NCBI GenBank assembly: GCA_049642065.1
Contig: JBAROK010000081.1
Span: forward strand, 6,396-70,395
Reading direction: 5' to 3'
Length of the DNA stretch: 64,000 nucleotides
DNA from: Candidatus Omnitrophota bacterium
Lineage (GTDB): Bacteria; Omnitrophota; Gorgyraeia; Tantalellales; Tantalellaceae
A model generated the notes under the pieces. That model made no database searches. It was not told the DNA's origin and saw only the letters and a list, made by a program, of their open reading frames with translations. Below, one piece after another: positions 28,665-40,782 of this stretch. Numbering within the stretch: position 1 is the first letter of the stretch; the number at the start of each line of letters is the position of its first letter. A program made the translations under genes and the position numbers.

Positions 28665-29243
28665 TTATTTTGACCGCTTTCTTGCGTTTTCTACAATTTC
28701 CTTGAGTTCCTCTATCGCTTTTTGCAGGTCATCGTTCACTATTAAATACTCATACTCATCGGAAGATGCTATTTCCGTTTTTGACTCTTCAAGCCTCATG
28801 GAGACCTGTTCTTCTCTGTCGGTTTTCCTGTTTTTTAGCCGAGAGGACAATTCTTCCATCGACGGCGGCATTATAAAAATGCTTATGCTTTGCGGGAAGA
28901 TCCTCTTTACTCTCTTGGCTCCCTTAACGTCTATGCTCAGGACGACATCTTCTCCGCCTTTAACCGCTTCTTCGACTTGTTCTTTTGATGTGCCGTAACA
29001 ATAATCAAAATTCTCTTCCCATTCAAGGAATTCTCCGTTCTCTATTTTCTTTTTGAACTCCTCTTGAGAAATAAAGATATAATCGATCCCGTCTTTCTCG
29101 TCTTGCCTGGGGGCCCTTGTCGTGTAAGAAACCGAACGCTTTATGTCCGGTAGCCCCTCCACAAGACCGCTCACTATCGTTGTTTTGCCGCTGCCCGAAG
29201 GTGCCGATACGATTATTATGAGCGGTTTTCGTTCCTTGGCCAT
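28665..29243 (-). CDS. gmk: Guanylate kinase
   Basis: 192 aa, P-loop GPSGSGKTT, YTTRAPR. Confidence 0.9.
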   Translation of the reverse strand: MAKERKPLIIIVSAPSGSGKTTIVSGLVEGLPDIKRSVSYTTRAPRQDEKDGIDYIFISQEEFKKKIENGEFLEWEENFDYCYGTSKEQVEEAVKGGEDVVLSIDVKGAKRVKRIFPQSISIFIMPPSMEELSSRLKNRKTDREEQVSMRLEESKTEIASSDEYEYLIVNDDLQKAIEELKEIVENARKRSK

Positions 29244-29248
29244 TTCTA

Positions 29249-30133
29249 TTATTCCACGTTCCTTATTTGTTCCCTTATCTTTTCTATTTCGCTTTTAACC
29301 TCGATAATTGCTTTTGATATTTTGAAATTGCTTGACTTGGCTCCTATGGTGTTTGCTTCTCTTTGCATTTCTTGCGCAATAAAATCAAGTTTTTTCCCTA
29401 TCTCATCTTCTGCGCTGTCGATAAGGTCGGCATATCCCTCCAGGTGACCCTCCATGCGAGTGATCTCTTCGGCGATATCACAGTTCTTTGCGAACGAGGC
29501 AACTTCCGTTTCGATCTTTTCTTTGTCCGGCGCCTCGTCGGTCAAATCCTTTATGGTTTGCGCCAGCTTCTTGCGGAACGCGGCAACGCTTTGTTTTTCG
29601 TACTTTTTTATTTCGCGCACGTTCTTCTTGATGTCCCGGATGCGCGCCTTAAAGTCCTTTTCAAGCTGAGCGCCTTCTTTTTCGCGAAACCCCACAAGAC
29701 CGATCACCGCCTCTTCCAGGGCTTCCCCCATATAAGGCCATAGCTTGGCTTCTTCTTTTTGCTCCGCGCCGGTCTCAACTACCCCAGGGAACCCTATTAT
29801 GTCCCGGATCTCTAGCTCGCCTTTGATCTTCAGGTTTTCTTGGACTTTTTTTATCTTTCTGGCGTATTCCTTGGCGACGTTTTCGTTCACCCGTATTTTA
29901 CAAAGGGTTTTTTGTCCCGGGGCGCTTTCTCTGGTTATCCTGACAAAAGCTTTACCGCGGCGAAGTTTTTTCTCCAAGATCTTTCTTACCTTCTCTTCCA
30001 AAAGAAAAAACCCGTTCAGCGGATTACATGTTATGCTGAGGCTTTTATGGTTCAGCGTTTTTATCTCTGCAGTTACCTCCCCGTACGGCGTCTTCTTTCT
30101 GCTCTTGCCAAACCCAGTCATGGATCTAATCAT
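29249..30133 (-). CDS. yicC: YicC/YloC-family stress-induced protein
   Basis: 294 aa, MIRSMTGFGK N-terminus characteristic of the YicC family. Confidence 0.8.
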   Translation of the reverse strand: MIRSMTGFGKSRKKTPYGEVTAEIKTLNHKSLSITCNPLNGFFLLEEKVRKILEKKLRRGKAFVRITRESAPGQKTLCKIRVNENVAKEYARKIKKVQENLKIKGELEIRDIIGFPGVVETGAEQKEEAKLWPYMGEALEEAVIGLVGFREKEGAQLEKDFKARIRDIKKNVREIKKYEKQSVAAFRKKLAQTIKDLTDEAPDKEKIETEVASFAKNCDIAEEITRMEGHLEGYADLIDSAEDEIGKKLDFIAQEMQREANTIGAKSSNFKISKAIIEVKSEIEKIREQIRNVE

Positions 30134-30156
30134 TTTTTTTCATCCCCTTGAGCGCT

Positions 30157-30654
30157 TTATGCCCATTTGTTCGTTTCCGTCTTCGCCGTAACCTTTGTCA
30201 CGGGATATATATCAACTATTATCTCGTCCGGCTGGAACCATAGCTTGATTTCCCTTTCGGCGTCTTCCAGGTTAGCCGAAGCGTGTATAGCGTTTTCGTA
30301 CACTCCGGCTGTTGTTATTCTGCCGTAAGCACCTCTAATGGAAACCGCGTCGGCCTCCTCGGGATTCGTTTCTCCGCAAAGCGCCCTTACCTTAGAGATA
30401 GCGTCATCGCCCCAGTATACAAGCGCCATAACCTTTTTCTTGTGGTATTCTCCCATGATATACTTTAGGAGATCCTCGAAAAAAGGTTTGTCTTTCAGCG
30501 CCCTATAATGTTCTGCGGCCAACTCCCGGGAAACTCTCACTATTCTCGCCCCGACTATATCAAGTTTTGTTTCAGATAGCCTTGTAAGGATATTCCCCGT
30601 CAGGGATTTCTTTAACCCGTCCGGTTTTATAAGAACAAGTGTCTGGTCTAGCAT
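30157..30654 (-). CDS. ndk: Nucleoside diphosphate kinase
   Basis: NDK fold (TLVLIKPDG, active-site His region). Confidence 0.8.
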   Translation of the reverse strand: MLDQTLVLIKPDGLKKSLTGNILTRLSETKLDIVGARIVRVSRELAAEHYRALKDKPFFEDLLKYIMGEYHKKKVMALVYWGDDAISKVRALCGETNPEEADAVSIRGAYGRITTAGVYENAIHASANLEDAEREIKLWFQPDEIIVDIYPVTKVTAKTETNKWA

Positions 30655-30710
30655 TGCGCCCCCTTGTTACATAATAATAGCAACTCTATTATTATTATTT
30701 CTGAGACAAT

Positions 30711-30738
30711 ATTTTAACAACTAGCGCCAAAAAGTCAA
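30711..30738 (-). promoter_or_regulatory. Possible ndk promoter
   Basis: Minus strand TTGACT-N16-TAAAAT, followed by a 10-bp AT-rich inverted repeat in the leader. Confidence 0.3.
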
Positions 30739-30767
30739 GCAGGGCCTGTACTTACGCGATAGGCCGG

Positions 30768-31433
30768 CTAAAATATCGCTATGAACTCTCCTTTGGGCTT
30801 CGTCTTTGAGAAGTGTTCGAGCTGCTCGCTGGCCCTTGCTCTTCTTATCTCTTCGAACTTTTTTGTCATCTCTCTGGCCAGCACTATTTCTCTGTCTCCC
30901 ATAATATCCAAAAAATCTGCCAGGAATTTAACTATCCTGTGTGGAGATTCATAAACAATAACCGTTCTCTTTTCATCTTTCAGGCCTTCAAGCTGTTTGC
31001 GCCTTCTCGCCGCCTTGTTCGAAAGGAAACCCTCGAAAACGAACTTGTTCGTCGGCCTGCCCGAAAGAACAAGCGCCATTACCAAGGCTGCGGGCCCGGG
31101 AACGGCGGTAAGCGGAACGCTTTCCTTGATGCACGCAGATACAAGAGTACTGCCCGGGTCTGAAATGCCCGGCGTACCCGAATCGGAAACAAGCGCTACA
31201 CTCATCCCTTTTTTAAGCTTATCTATCACCAACGGCGTTTTCTTGCTGGCGTTATGCGAATGAAAGCTTGTGGCTGGTGTTCCTATCCCGTATGCTGCCA
31301 ACAATATTTTTGTTTTGCGCGTGTCCTCTGCGGCCACAAGGTCAACTTCTGAGAGCACTCTCTTCGCCCTGAAAGACAAGTCCTCAAGGTTACCTATAGG
31401 CGTGCTGACTATGTAAAGAGTTCCCGGATCCAT
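30768..31433 (-). CDS. rsmI: 16S rRNA (cytidine1402-2'-O)-methyltransferase
   Basis: 221 aa, tetrapyrrole-methylase fold (GTLYIVSTPIGNLEDLS, AEDTR). Confidence 0.8.
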   Translation of the reverse strand: MDPGTLYIVSTPIGNLEDLSFRAKRVLSEVDLVAAEDTRKTKILLAAYGIGTPATSFHSHNASKKTPLVIDKLKKGMSVALVSDSGTPGISDPGSTLVSACIKESVPLTAVPGPAALVMALVLSGRPTNKFVFEGFLSNKAARRRKQLEGLKDEKRTVIVYESPHRIVKFLADFLDIMGDREIVLAREMTKKFEEIRRARASEQLEHFSKTKPKGEFIAIF

Positions 31434-31447
31434 TAATTGTGTCTCTT

Positions 31448-33304
31448 TTATTCTACTGTGACCGATTTGGCAAGATTGCGTGGCTGGTCTATATCGTAGC
31501 CGAATTCTTCCGCAACGTGATATGCCAAAAGCTGAAGAGGGATAACCACAAGAACCGGGGAAAATATTTCCGGTACGCTGGGGATATCGATGAGATAATT
31601 AACGTTGCCCTCGTTCAGGGACTTGTCGCCTTCTGAAACTATCGCAATAACCAGCCCTCCCCGGGCTTTGATCTCCTGTATGTTGGAAAGCATTTTTTCA
31701 TATGTTTCCGACCTCGGCGCAATACAGACCACCCAAGGGTTCTCGTCAATAAGCGCAATCGGCCCGTGTTTCATCTCCCCCGCGGGATACCCTTCCGCGC
31801 TGATATAAGATATTTCTTTGAGCTTAAGCGCTCCTTCCAGAGCGTTCGGGTAATTGATGTTCCTGGCCAGATAAAGAAAACAGCTTTTGTTGTTCCGCGC
31901 AAGATAATATTCATGAAAGTCCGCGGCATACTGTGCGATCTTGTTTTTCCGCCCATGGTAATGTTCGAGGATCTTTTCTGTCTGTGCGGGCACTTTTTTA
32001 AGTTCTTTTAGGAATTTTTTGTTCTCTTCGGCGCTTTTCCTGTTTGTCTCCGCCAGGTATGCCGCGAAAAGGTACAGAACAGCAAGCTGTGCCGTATACG
32101 CTTTTGTGGACGCGACAGCTATCTCAGGTCCCGCGTGCGTATAGATGACACCGTCAGCCTCCCTTGCTATAGAGCTGCCCAGAACATTGCATATAGCCAA
32201 TACTTTTGCGCCACGTTTTTTCGCTTCCCTTAGGGCCGCCAGAGTGTCGGCCGTCTCCCCGGATTGCGAGATGACTATCACCAGAGTTTCTTTGTCTACA
32301 AGCGGGTCCCTGTAGCGGAACTCGCTTGAAGTGTCCACCCAGACGGGCACTTTAGCATATTGTTCTATTATGTATTTGCCGGTCATCCCCGCGTGATACG
32401 CGGTCCCGCAAGCAACAATCGTTATTTTCTTGATCTTTTTAAGCGCGCTCTTTGTGATAGCGAGTTCTTCAAAAACAACTTTACCCTTGTTAATCCTCTC
32501 CTTGAGTATCGCACGCAATACTTCCGGCTGCTCGCAGATCTCTTTGAGCATAAAATGTTTGTACCCGGTTTTTTCCGCTTGGGATATATCCCATTTTATC
32601 TTGGTAGGTTTTCTGCTGATCTTTCTTCCCTTAGCATCGTAAATAAAATATTTTTCTTTGTAGAGGTCTACTGTCTCGTTGTTTTGAAGGAACACTATGT
32701 TCTTTGTGTGGTCCAGTACTGCGGGAATATCGCTGGCAATAAAATTCTCTCCTTCTCCCACCCCGAGTATCAGGGGGCTGTCTTTGCGTGCGCCCACAAC
32801 TCTGCCGGGTTCACCTTTGTGGACAACAGCTATCGCGTATGCCCCTTTAAGCTGTTTCGTTGCCGCCCTGACGGCGCTGGAGAGGTCGCCCTTATAACAA
32901 TCCGCTATAAGGTGCGCGATTACTTCACTGTCCGTATCGGAAGTGAACTTGTATCCTTTTTTCTTGAGTTCTTTCTTGAGACTTTGATAGTTTTCGATAA
33001 TGCCGTTATGTACGATGGCAATATTTTTTGTGTAATCGATGTGCGGGTGCGCATTAACATCGTTAGGAACGCCATGAGTAGCCCAGCGTGTGTGCCCTAT
33101 CCCGGTATGCCCTTTTATTGGGTTTCTTTTCAGCTCTTCTCTCAGGACGCAAAGCTTACCTTGTTTTTTCTTGGTGTTAAGGTCCCCTTTTTCAAGGATA
33201 GCCACGCCGGCGGAATCGTACCCCCGGTATTCCATTCTTGCTAGCCCGTTCAAGATAACTTTGGCAGCGTTCTTATTTCCTGTGTATCCTATTATTCCGC
33301 ACAT
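31448..33304 (-). CDS. glmS: Glutamine--fructose-6-phosphate aminotransferase
   Basis: 618 aa, MCGIIGY Ntn glutaminase N-terminus, two SIS domains, C-terminal VTVE. Confidence 0.9.
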   Translation of the reverse strand: MCGIIGYTGNKNAAKVILNGLARMEYRGYDSAGVAILEKGDLNTKKKQGKLCVLREELKRNPIKGHTGIGHTRWATHGVPNDVNAHPHIDYTKNIAIVHNGIIENYQSLKKELKKKGYKFTSDTDSEVIAHLIADCYKGDLSSAVRAATKQLKGAYAIAVVHKGEPGRVVGARKDSPLILGVGEGENFIASDIPAVLDHTKNIVFLQNNETVDLYKEKYFIYDAKGRKISRKPTKIKWDISQAEKTGYKHFMLKEICEQPEVLRAILKERINKGKVVFEELAITKSALKKIKKITIVACGTAYHAGMTGKYIIEQYAKVPVWVDTSSEFRYRDPLVDKETLVIVISQSGETADTLAALREAKKRGAKVLAICNVLGSSIAREADGVIYTHAGPEIAVASTKAYTAQLAVLYLFAAYLAETNRKSAEENKKFLKELKKVPAQTEKILEHYHGRKNKIAQYAADFHEYYLARNNKSCFLYLARNINYPNALEGALKLKEISYISAEGYPAGEMKHGPIALIDENPWVVCIAPRSETYEKMLSNIQEIKARGGLVIAIVSEGDKSLNEGNVNYLIDIPSVPEIFSPVLVVIPLQLLAYHVAEEFGYDIDQPRNLAKSVTVE

Positions 33305-33345
33305 TGTGCACCTTTCATACGGCGTGAGAGTCTTCGCTCAACAAA

Positions 33346-33879
33346 TTATTCGTCTTGATCGTTGAGCCTGTCCATCAGGTTGATGATATCTGTTTTGGCG
33401 CATCGCCCGACAAGGGCGCCCATGTAAAGAAGAATGGAAAACTGCCAGCAGTCTTCCGGGCCAACGATAAGGGCCGTATTAACGTTTTCTTCTTTCTCGA
33501 GGGTTTTCTTGTGCTTTTCGATCGCCCTTGAAAGAGGCCCTTCTTCCAGCTCGAGTTCCTGAACCGTGTTGTTGTATTTAAGTGACGGTAACCTGAGCCC
33601 CCGCAACAAAAAGAACATCTGGACAGCATCCATATCCACGTCCATCTCTTCCTCAAAATCGAATCCGTCGAACTGGGGCATATTCTCCGGCAAAACTATC
33701 ATAGGTTTTTCTATGACAAGCTCTCCTTTGCGGACGATCGTGTGCCCTTCGTTCACCACAGATTCGCCAAGAAAGATATACGGCACTTTCGTCTGGGAGA
33801 ACGTCATTAGTCCTTTTACCCGGCCCCTTATTACTTCCGTCTTTTCCTGGGCCTTTTCCCAAAGCTGTTCAATATCCAT
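33346..33879 (-). CDS. Hypothetical protein (177 aa, acidic, no recognisable motif)
   Basis: Intact ORF with an AAAGGA RBS 6 nt upstream. No family recognised. Confidence 0.5.
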   Translation of the reverse strand: MDIEQLWEKAQEKTEVIRGRVKGLMTFSQTKVPYIFLGESVVNEGHTIVRKGELVIEKPMIVLPENMPQFDGFDFEEEMDVDMDAVQMFFLLRGLRLPSLKYNNTVQELELEEGPLSRAIEKHKKTLEKEENVNTALIVGPEDCWQFSILLYMGALVGRCAKTDIINLMDRLNDQDE

Positions 33880-33894
33880 ATTGTCCTTTAATAA

Positions 33895-33940
33895 TGAAAA
33901 AAGGAGAAAGCCCTCTCGCGAGAGAGGAGCTTTGCTCCTT
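33895..33940 (-). terminator. Possible terminator downstream of tRNA-Glu (two small hairpins plus T-rich tract)
   Basis: cctctc-gcga-gagagg and ggagc-ttt-gctcc hairpins followed on the minus strand by ctttctccttttt. Confidence 0.3.
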
Positions 33941-33947
33941 TAAAAAT

Positions 33948-34024
33948 TGGCATCCCCAAGGGGATTCGAACCCCTGTCGCCAGAATGAAAATCTGGTGTC
34001 CTGACCGGGCTAGACGATGGGGAC
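33948..34024 (-). tRNA. tRNA-Glu (anticodon UUC)
   Basis: 77 nt, near-identical in layout to E. coli tRNA-Glu (GUCCCC..UCGUCUAG..AGGACA.., anticodon loop UUUUCAU, G73, CCA). Confidence 0.8.
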
Positions 34025-34092
34025 GCACAATTCTGGTTTTGTTTGTAATTTTACACACCCTATTAAAAAAAGCAAAGTATAATAGAGGCCAT

Positions 34093-34121
34093 ATTCTACA
34101 AAATACCCGACGCCTTTGCAA
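34093..34121 (-). promoter_or_regulatory. Promoter for tRNA-Glu
   Basis: Minus strand TTGCAA-N17-TAGAAT about 70 nt upstream of the tRNA 5' end. Confidence 0.4.
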
Positions 34122-34135
34122 CAGTTTTTTTTGAG

Positions 34136-36592
34136 CTACTGCGCAGCTTCGGTTACTGCCTCTTCTTCCTCTTCCGCGACCACTTTGGCTACTGAGGTCA
34201 GTTTGTCCGTAGTCTTAAGGTTGATAACCTTGACTCCCTGGGTAGCTCTACCTGTCTGGCTTATTCCGTTGACCGCGACCCTTACGACCATACCGCCCTT
34301 CGAGATGAGCATGATCTCGTCACCGTCGCGGACGCTTTTTGTCCCGACTACGGGTCCGTTCTTTGCTACGATCTTGAGGTTGATGATTCCGCTGCCACCC
34401 CTTGATTGCATGCGGTACTCCTCAAATTTCGTGCGTTTGCCAAAGCCTTTCTCGGTAACCGTAAGGAGCGTCCCTTCGGGGTCCATTTTGACCATACCGA
34501 CAACTTGATCTTTTTTCTTGAGGGTTATGCCCTTTACTCCTTGCGCGCTTCGGCCCATAGCCCGGATATCCTTTTCCTTGAAGCGTATGGCTTTTCCGTC
34601 CCTGGTGGCCATGCAGATCTCGTCATCTCCGCCGGAAAGAACCGAGCCTATCAGCTTGTCTCCTTTACCGAGTGTGATAGATATGATCCCTCCCTTGCGG
34701 GGGTTGCTGAAAGCATTAAGGGCTGTCTTTTTGATCTTTCCCTGCTCGGTCGCCATGACAACAAACATCCCTTCAGTAAATTCTCTTACGGGAACTACTG
34801 AAGTTATTTTTTCGTCGTTCGATATCCCAAGAACGTTGACTATCGGCCTGCCTTTCGTCCTTCTCCCTGCTTGCGGGATCTCGTGCACTTTAAGCCAGTG
34901 CAGTTTTCCTTCGCTGGTGAAAATAAGCATGTAGTCATGCGTGGAAGCAACAAAAAGGTGTTCAATGAAGTCTTCCTCTTTTGTTTCCGCACCTGTTACG
35001 CCTTTGCCTCCTCGCCGCTGTTTTTTGTACGCGCTTACCGGGAACCTTTTTATGTACCCGGCATGGCTCAGGGTGATAACCATGTCCTCTTCGGCGATCA
35101 GGTCTTCTATGTCTATGTCTTCTGCGGCGCCTGTTATCTCCGTTCTTCTTGCGTCGCCAAACTTATCTTTTACTTCTAGCGTCTCCTCTTTGATTATGCT
35201 CAGCACTTTTTTCTCGCTGGCCAGTATGCTCTTGAGCTTTTCTATAAGCTTCAGGAGATCTTTATACTCATTTTGTATCTTTTCCGTTTCAAGATTGGTG
35301 ATCTGCTGGAGTCTCATGGCGAGGATTGCAAGGGACTGCCTCTCGGAAAGCTTGAATTTTTTCATAAGACCCGTCTTTGCTGTTTCCGGGTCTTTTGATT
35401 TTTTGATAAGCTTGATCACTTCATCCAAGTTATTAATAGCTATTTTCAGCCCTTCAAGAATATGGGCTCTTTCTTCGGCTTTCGCAAGATCGTATTTGGT
35501 GCGTTTTATTATCACCTCTTTGCGGTGCTTGATGAACTCTTCGAGCATCTGTTTCAGGTTCATTATCCTGGGCTGTCCGTCAACTATGGCAAGCATTATC
35601 ACGCCGAAAGTGTCTCTCATCTGCGTGCGCTTGTAGAGCTGGTTCATCACAACTTCTGTGTTCTGCCCGCGCCGCATATCTATCGCTATCCTCATCCCGT
35701 CACGATCGGACTCGTCTCTTATATCGACTATCCCGTCGACCTTCCTGCTTTTGACCAAATCTGCTATAGAGGTTATCAGCCTGGTCTTATTAACCTGGTA
35801 TGGGATCTCCGTTACTATTATGCTTTCTTTCCCGCCCTTTTTCTGTTCCACGTGAGCTTTTGCGTGAAGAGTGAGCGATCCTCTACCCGTCCGGTACGCT
35901 TTAAGAATGCTGTCCTTGCCGCAGATAAGTGCTCCCGTCGGGAAGTCGGGTCCGGTGACTATCTTTATCAAATCGTCCAGCGCGCAATCAGGATTATCTA
36001 CCAAGTAACATACCGCGTCGACTATTTCTGTCAGGTTGTGCGGCGGTATGTTCGTCGCCATACCAACGGCTATCCCGCTGGAGCCATTCAAAAGAAGGTT
36101 CGGCACTACAGAGGGGAGAACTTCCGGTTCGTTAAGCGACCCATCAAAATTCGGCCGCCAGTCTACTGTTTCTTTGTCGATATCCCGCAACATCCATTCG
36201 GTGATCTGGTGCATGCGCGCTTCGGTGTACCTCATTGCAGCCGGCGAATCCCCGTCTATAGATCCGAAGTTGCCCTGCCCGTTCACCAAAGGATACCTTA
36301 AGGAAAAGTCCTGCACCATACGTACCAGCGCATCGTAAACCGCGGTATCGCCATGCGGATGATATTTACCAAGCACTTCACCAACTATTCTTGCGCTTTT
36401 TTTGTACGCCTTGTTGTAGGTAATGCCCATATCCTTCATCGCATATAGTATGCGCCTGTGCACGGGCTTAAGACCGTCGCGCACATCAGGAAGGGCTCTT
36501 CCTACAATAACGCTCATCGCGTAGTTTATGTACGAATCTTTCATCTCTTCTTCGATATGAATCGGGATGATCTTTTCGTTTCTTGTGTACAT
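34136..36592 (-). CDS. gyrA: DNA gyrase subunit A
   Basis: 818 aa, GyrA N-terminal breakage-reunion domain ([23 protein letters not shown], active-site Tyr region) and C-terminal beta-pinwheel repeats. Confidence 0.95.
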   Translation of the reverse strand: MYTRNEKIIPIHIEEEMKDSYINYAMSVIVGRALPDVRDGLKPVHRRILYAMKDMGITYNKAYKKSARIVGEVLGKYHPHGDTAVYDALVRMVQDFSLRYPLVNGQGNFGSIDGDSPAAMRYTEARMHQITEWMLRDIDKETVDWRPNFDGSLNEPEVLPSVVPNLLLNGSSGIAVGMATNIPPHNLTEIVDAVCYLVDNPDCALDDLIKIVTGPDFPTGALICGKDSILKAYRTGRGSLTLHAKAHVEQKKGGKESIIVTEIPYQVNKTRLITSIADLVKSRKVDGIVDIRDESDRDGMRIAIDMRRGQNTEVVMNQLYKRTQMRDTFGVIMLAIVDGQPRIMNLKQMLEEFIKHRKEVIIKRTKYDLAKAEERAHILEGLKIAINNLDEVIKLIKKSKDPETAKTGLMKKFKLSERQSLAILAMRLQQITNLETEKIQNEYKDLLKLIEKLKSILASEKKVLSIIKEETLEVKDKFGDARRTEITGAAEDIDIEDLIAEEDMVITLSHAGYIKRFPVSAYKKQRRGGKGVTGAETKEEDFIEHLFVASTHDYMLIFTSEGKLHWLKVHEIPQAGRRTKGRPIVNVLGISNDEKITSVVPVREFTEGMFVVMATEQGKIKKTALNAFSNPRKGGIISITLGKGDKLIGSVLSGGDDEICMATRDGKAIRFKEKDIRAMGRSAQGVKGITLKKKDQVVGMVKMDPEGTLLTVTEKGFGKRTKFEEYRMQSRGGSGIINLKIVAKNGPVVGTKSVRDGDEIMLISKGGMVVRVAVNGISQTGRATQGVKVINLKTTDKLTSVAKVVAEEEEEAVTEAAQ

Positions 36593-36616
36593 TCTTTCTC
36601 CTATCTCTATTTTTGT

Positions 36617-39109
<2,493 letters not shown>

Positions 39110-39424
39110 TTATGCCTCCAATGACCCAACCCTAAACCTTATATCTTTCGCTTTTTTTCTGCCCGAGTACTTTTCGTTGAATTTCGCGATCGTTACTCTT
39201 TTGTCGAGCGTGAGTTTGTAGAGCCAGGTAGAATCCTCAACCAGAACCACTAGTGTTCCGTTTTTAAAACTGACGGGGCGGGTATGCTCTTTTGTTTCCA
39301 CGTCTACTGCCGCGACCCATGCGGTCCCTATGGCGCCTGCCTTTTTTACCGCGCCTTTTTCCCACTTGGCTATCAGGCCGTCTATTATTCCCTTAACGTG
39401 TCTCGGGCCGTTCCGTTTTATCAT
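39110..39424 (-). CDS. DUF721 domain protein (DciA-like)
   Basis: 104 aa between dnaN and gyrB, the characteristic position of DUF721/DciA. Confidence 0.5.
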   Translation of the reverse strand: MIKRNGPRHVKGIIDGLIAKWEKGAVKKAGAIGTAWVAAVDVETKEHTRPVSFKNGTLVVLVEDSTWLYKLTLDKRVTIAKFNEKYSGRKKAKDIRFRVGSLEA

Positions 39425-39434
39425 GTTTTTCTTC

Positions 39435-40538
39435 TCACGCTGTCAGTTGCATTGGAAGAACCACGTAAGTGTATTCGTCCCCCCGCCTAATAACGCCAGG
39501 TTTAGCAGAATCGTTAACCTCAAAAGTTATTTGTTGGTCTACTAGGCTTTTTAGGACGTCGATGAGATATTTTGGATTAAACCCTATCTCAAGATCGTCC
39601 CCTCCTGAATAATCTATTTCTATCTCTTCTTTCGCTTCCCCAAGATACGGCGTATTCTTTGATATTGTCATCCGTTTCTTTTTAATGTTAAGCTTTATCG
39701 CCATTGAATCTTGATCAGTAAAAATGCTGGCCCTTTTTGTCGCCGAAAGAAAATCCTCTCTTGATACTTTTACTTCTTTTGATGATTTTTCCGGTATGAC
39801 CTTTTTGTAGTTCGGGTATTCTCCTTCTATTAACCGTGACAGGATAAAGCTCGTCGGAAAAGAAAACATCACCTGATTGTCGCTGAACTTTATCTGAACT
39901 TCGCCGTCTTCGGCAAGCATCCTTTTCGTCTCCTGTACGGTCTTGGTTGGGATGATCACCTCTCTATCCACTAGTGTCTTTTTTTCAAGTTTCTTTTCAA
40001 TAACAGCAAGCCGTCTGCCGTCTGTAGCGACAACTTTTATATCGGCTCCTTTTACCATCAGTAAAATTCCGTTTAAGACGAACCTTGTGTCGTCCCTACT
40101 TATAGCAAAATCTGTAAGGTTGAGCATTTCTTTAAAATCGTTCTGCCCGATCGTTATGGAATCCGTATCCTTAAACAGTGGTAGTTGTGGAAACTCTTCC
40201 TTGGGAAGGCCTATTATCTTAAATATGGCTTTTCCGCTTTTTATGGTTACAAAATTATTCTTCTTCATTGATAGGCTTATCTCGTTCTCGTCTGGAAGAG
40301 CTTTAATGATATCGAAGAATTTCTTTGCCGGGATAGTAATGGCACCTTCCTGAGCAACATCCGCCATGATAGTAGAACATATACCTATATCAAGATCGGT
40401 TGCCGTAAGCTTTAATGTGTTTTTATCTGTCTCCATCAATACGTTGCTTAATATCGGAAGGCTGCTTTTTTGCGATACAGCGTTCTGTACTGTTTGGATC
40501 CCTTCCATAAGATCGTTCTTAGAAACTATTAATTCCAT
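39435..40538 (-). CDS. dnaN: DNA polymerase III beta subunit (sliding clamp)
   Basis: 367 aa, three-domain beta clamp. Confidence 0.9.
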   Translation of the reverse strand: MELIVSKNDLMEGIQTVQNAVSQKSSLPILSNVLMETDKNTLKLTATDLDIGICSTIMADVAQEGAITIPAKKFFDIIKALPDENEISLSMKKNNFVTIKSGKAIFKIIGLPKEEFPQLPLFKDTDSITIGQNDFKEMLNLTDFAISRDDTRFVLNGILLMVKGADIKVVATDGRRLAVIEKKLEKKTLVDREVIIPTKTVQETKRMLAEDGEVQIKFSDNQVMFSFPTSFILSRLIEGEYPNYKKVIPEKSSKEVKVSREDFLSATKRASIFTDQDSMAIKLNIKKKRMTISKNTPYLGEAKEEIEIDYSGGDDLEIGFNPKYLIDVLKSLVDQQITFEVNDSAKPGVIRRGDEYTYVVLPMQLTA

Positions 40539-40782
40539 TATTCCTCCCGTTCGGATTTAAGATGTCCACCTACGTTCTTACTTCTTTACTATTAGTTATT
40601 TAAAATGCAGCAGTAATCGTATCAGTAGTATAAGAGCTTGTTAATTTGTGGATAACTCCGCAAGCACCGCATTTTAAACAACTTACACCAAAACAACCCT
40701 GTGTAAAACAATACATTCTTTTGCTGGGAAAAAACTAAAACCACCTCAAAAGTTATCCACAGGTTATCAACAGTATCAACAG
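40539..40782. other. oriC-like region I (dnaN-dnaA intergenic) with DnaA boxes and AT-rich tract
   Basis: Perfect DnaA boxes TGTGGATAA (40647-40655) and TTATCCACA (40753-40761), one-mismatch box TTATCAACA (40764-40772), AT-rich stretch 40590-40612. Confidence 0.65.

Noticed and set aside
32360-33244. 294-aa plus-strand ORF
   Set aside because: Antisense to glmS.
33888-34121. 77-aa minus ORF
   Set aside because: Overlaps tRNA-Glu and its promoter; spurious.
35462-36301. 279-aa plus-strand ORF and other long plus ORFs inside 34136-39097
   Set aside because: Antisense to gyrA and gyrB.
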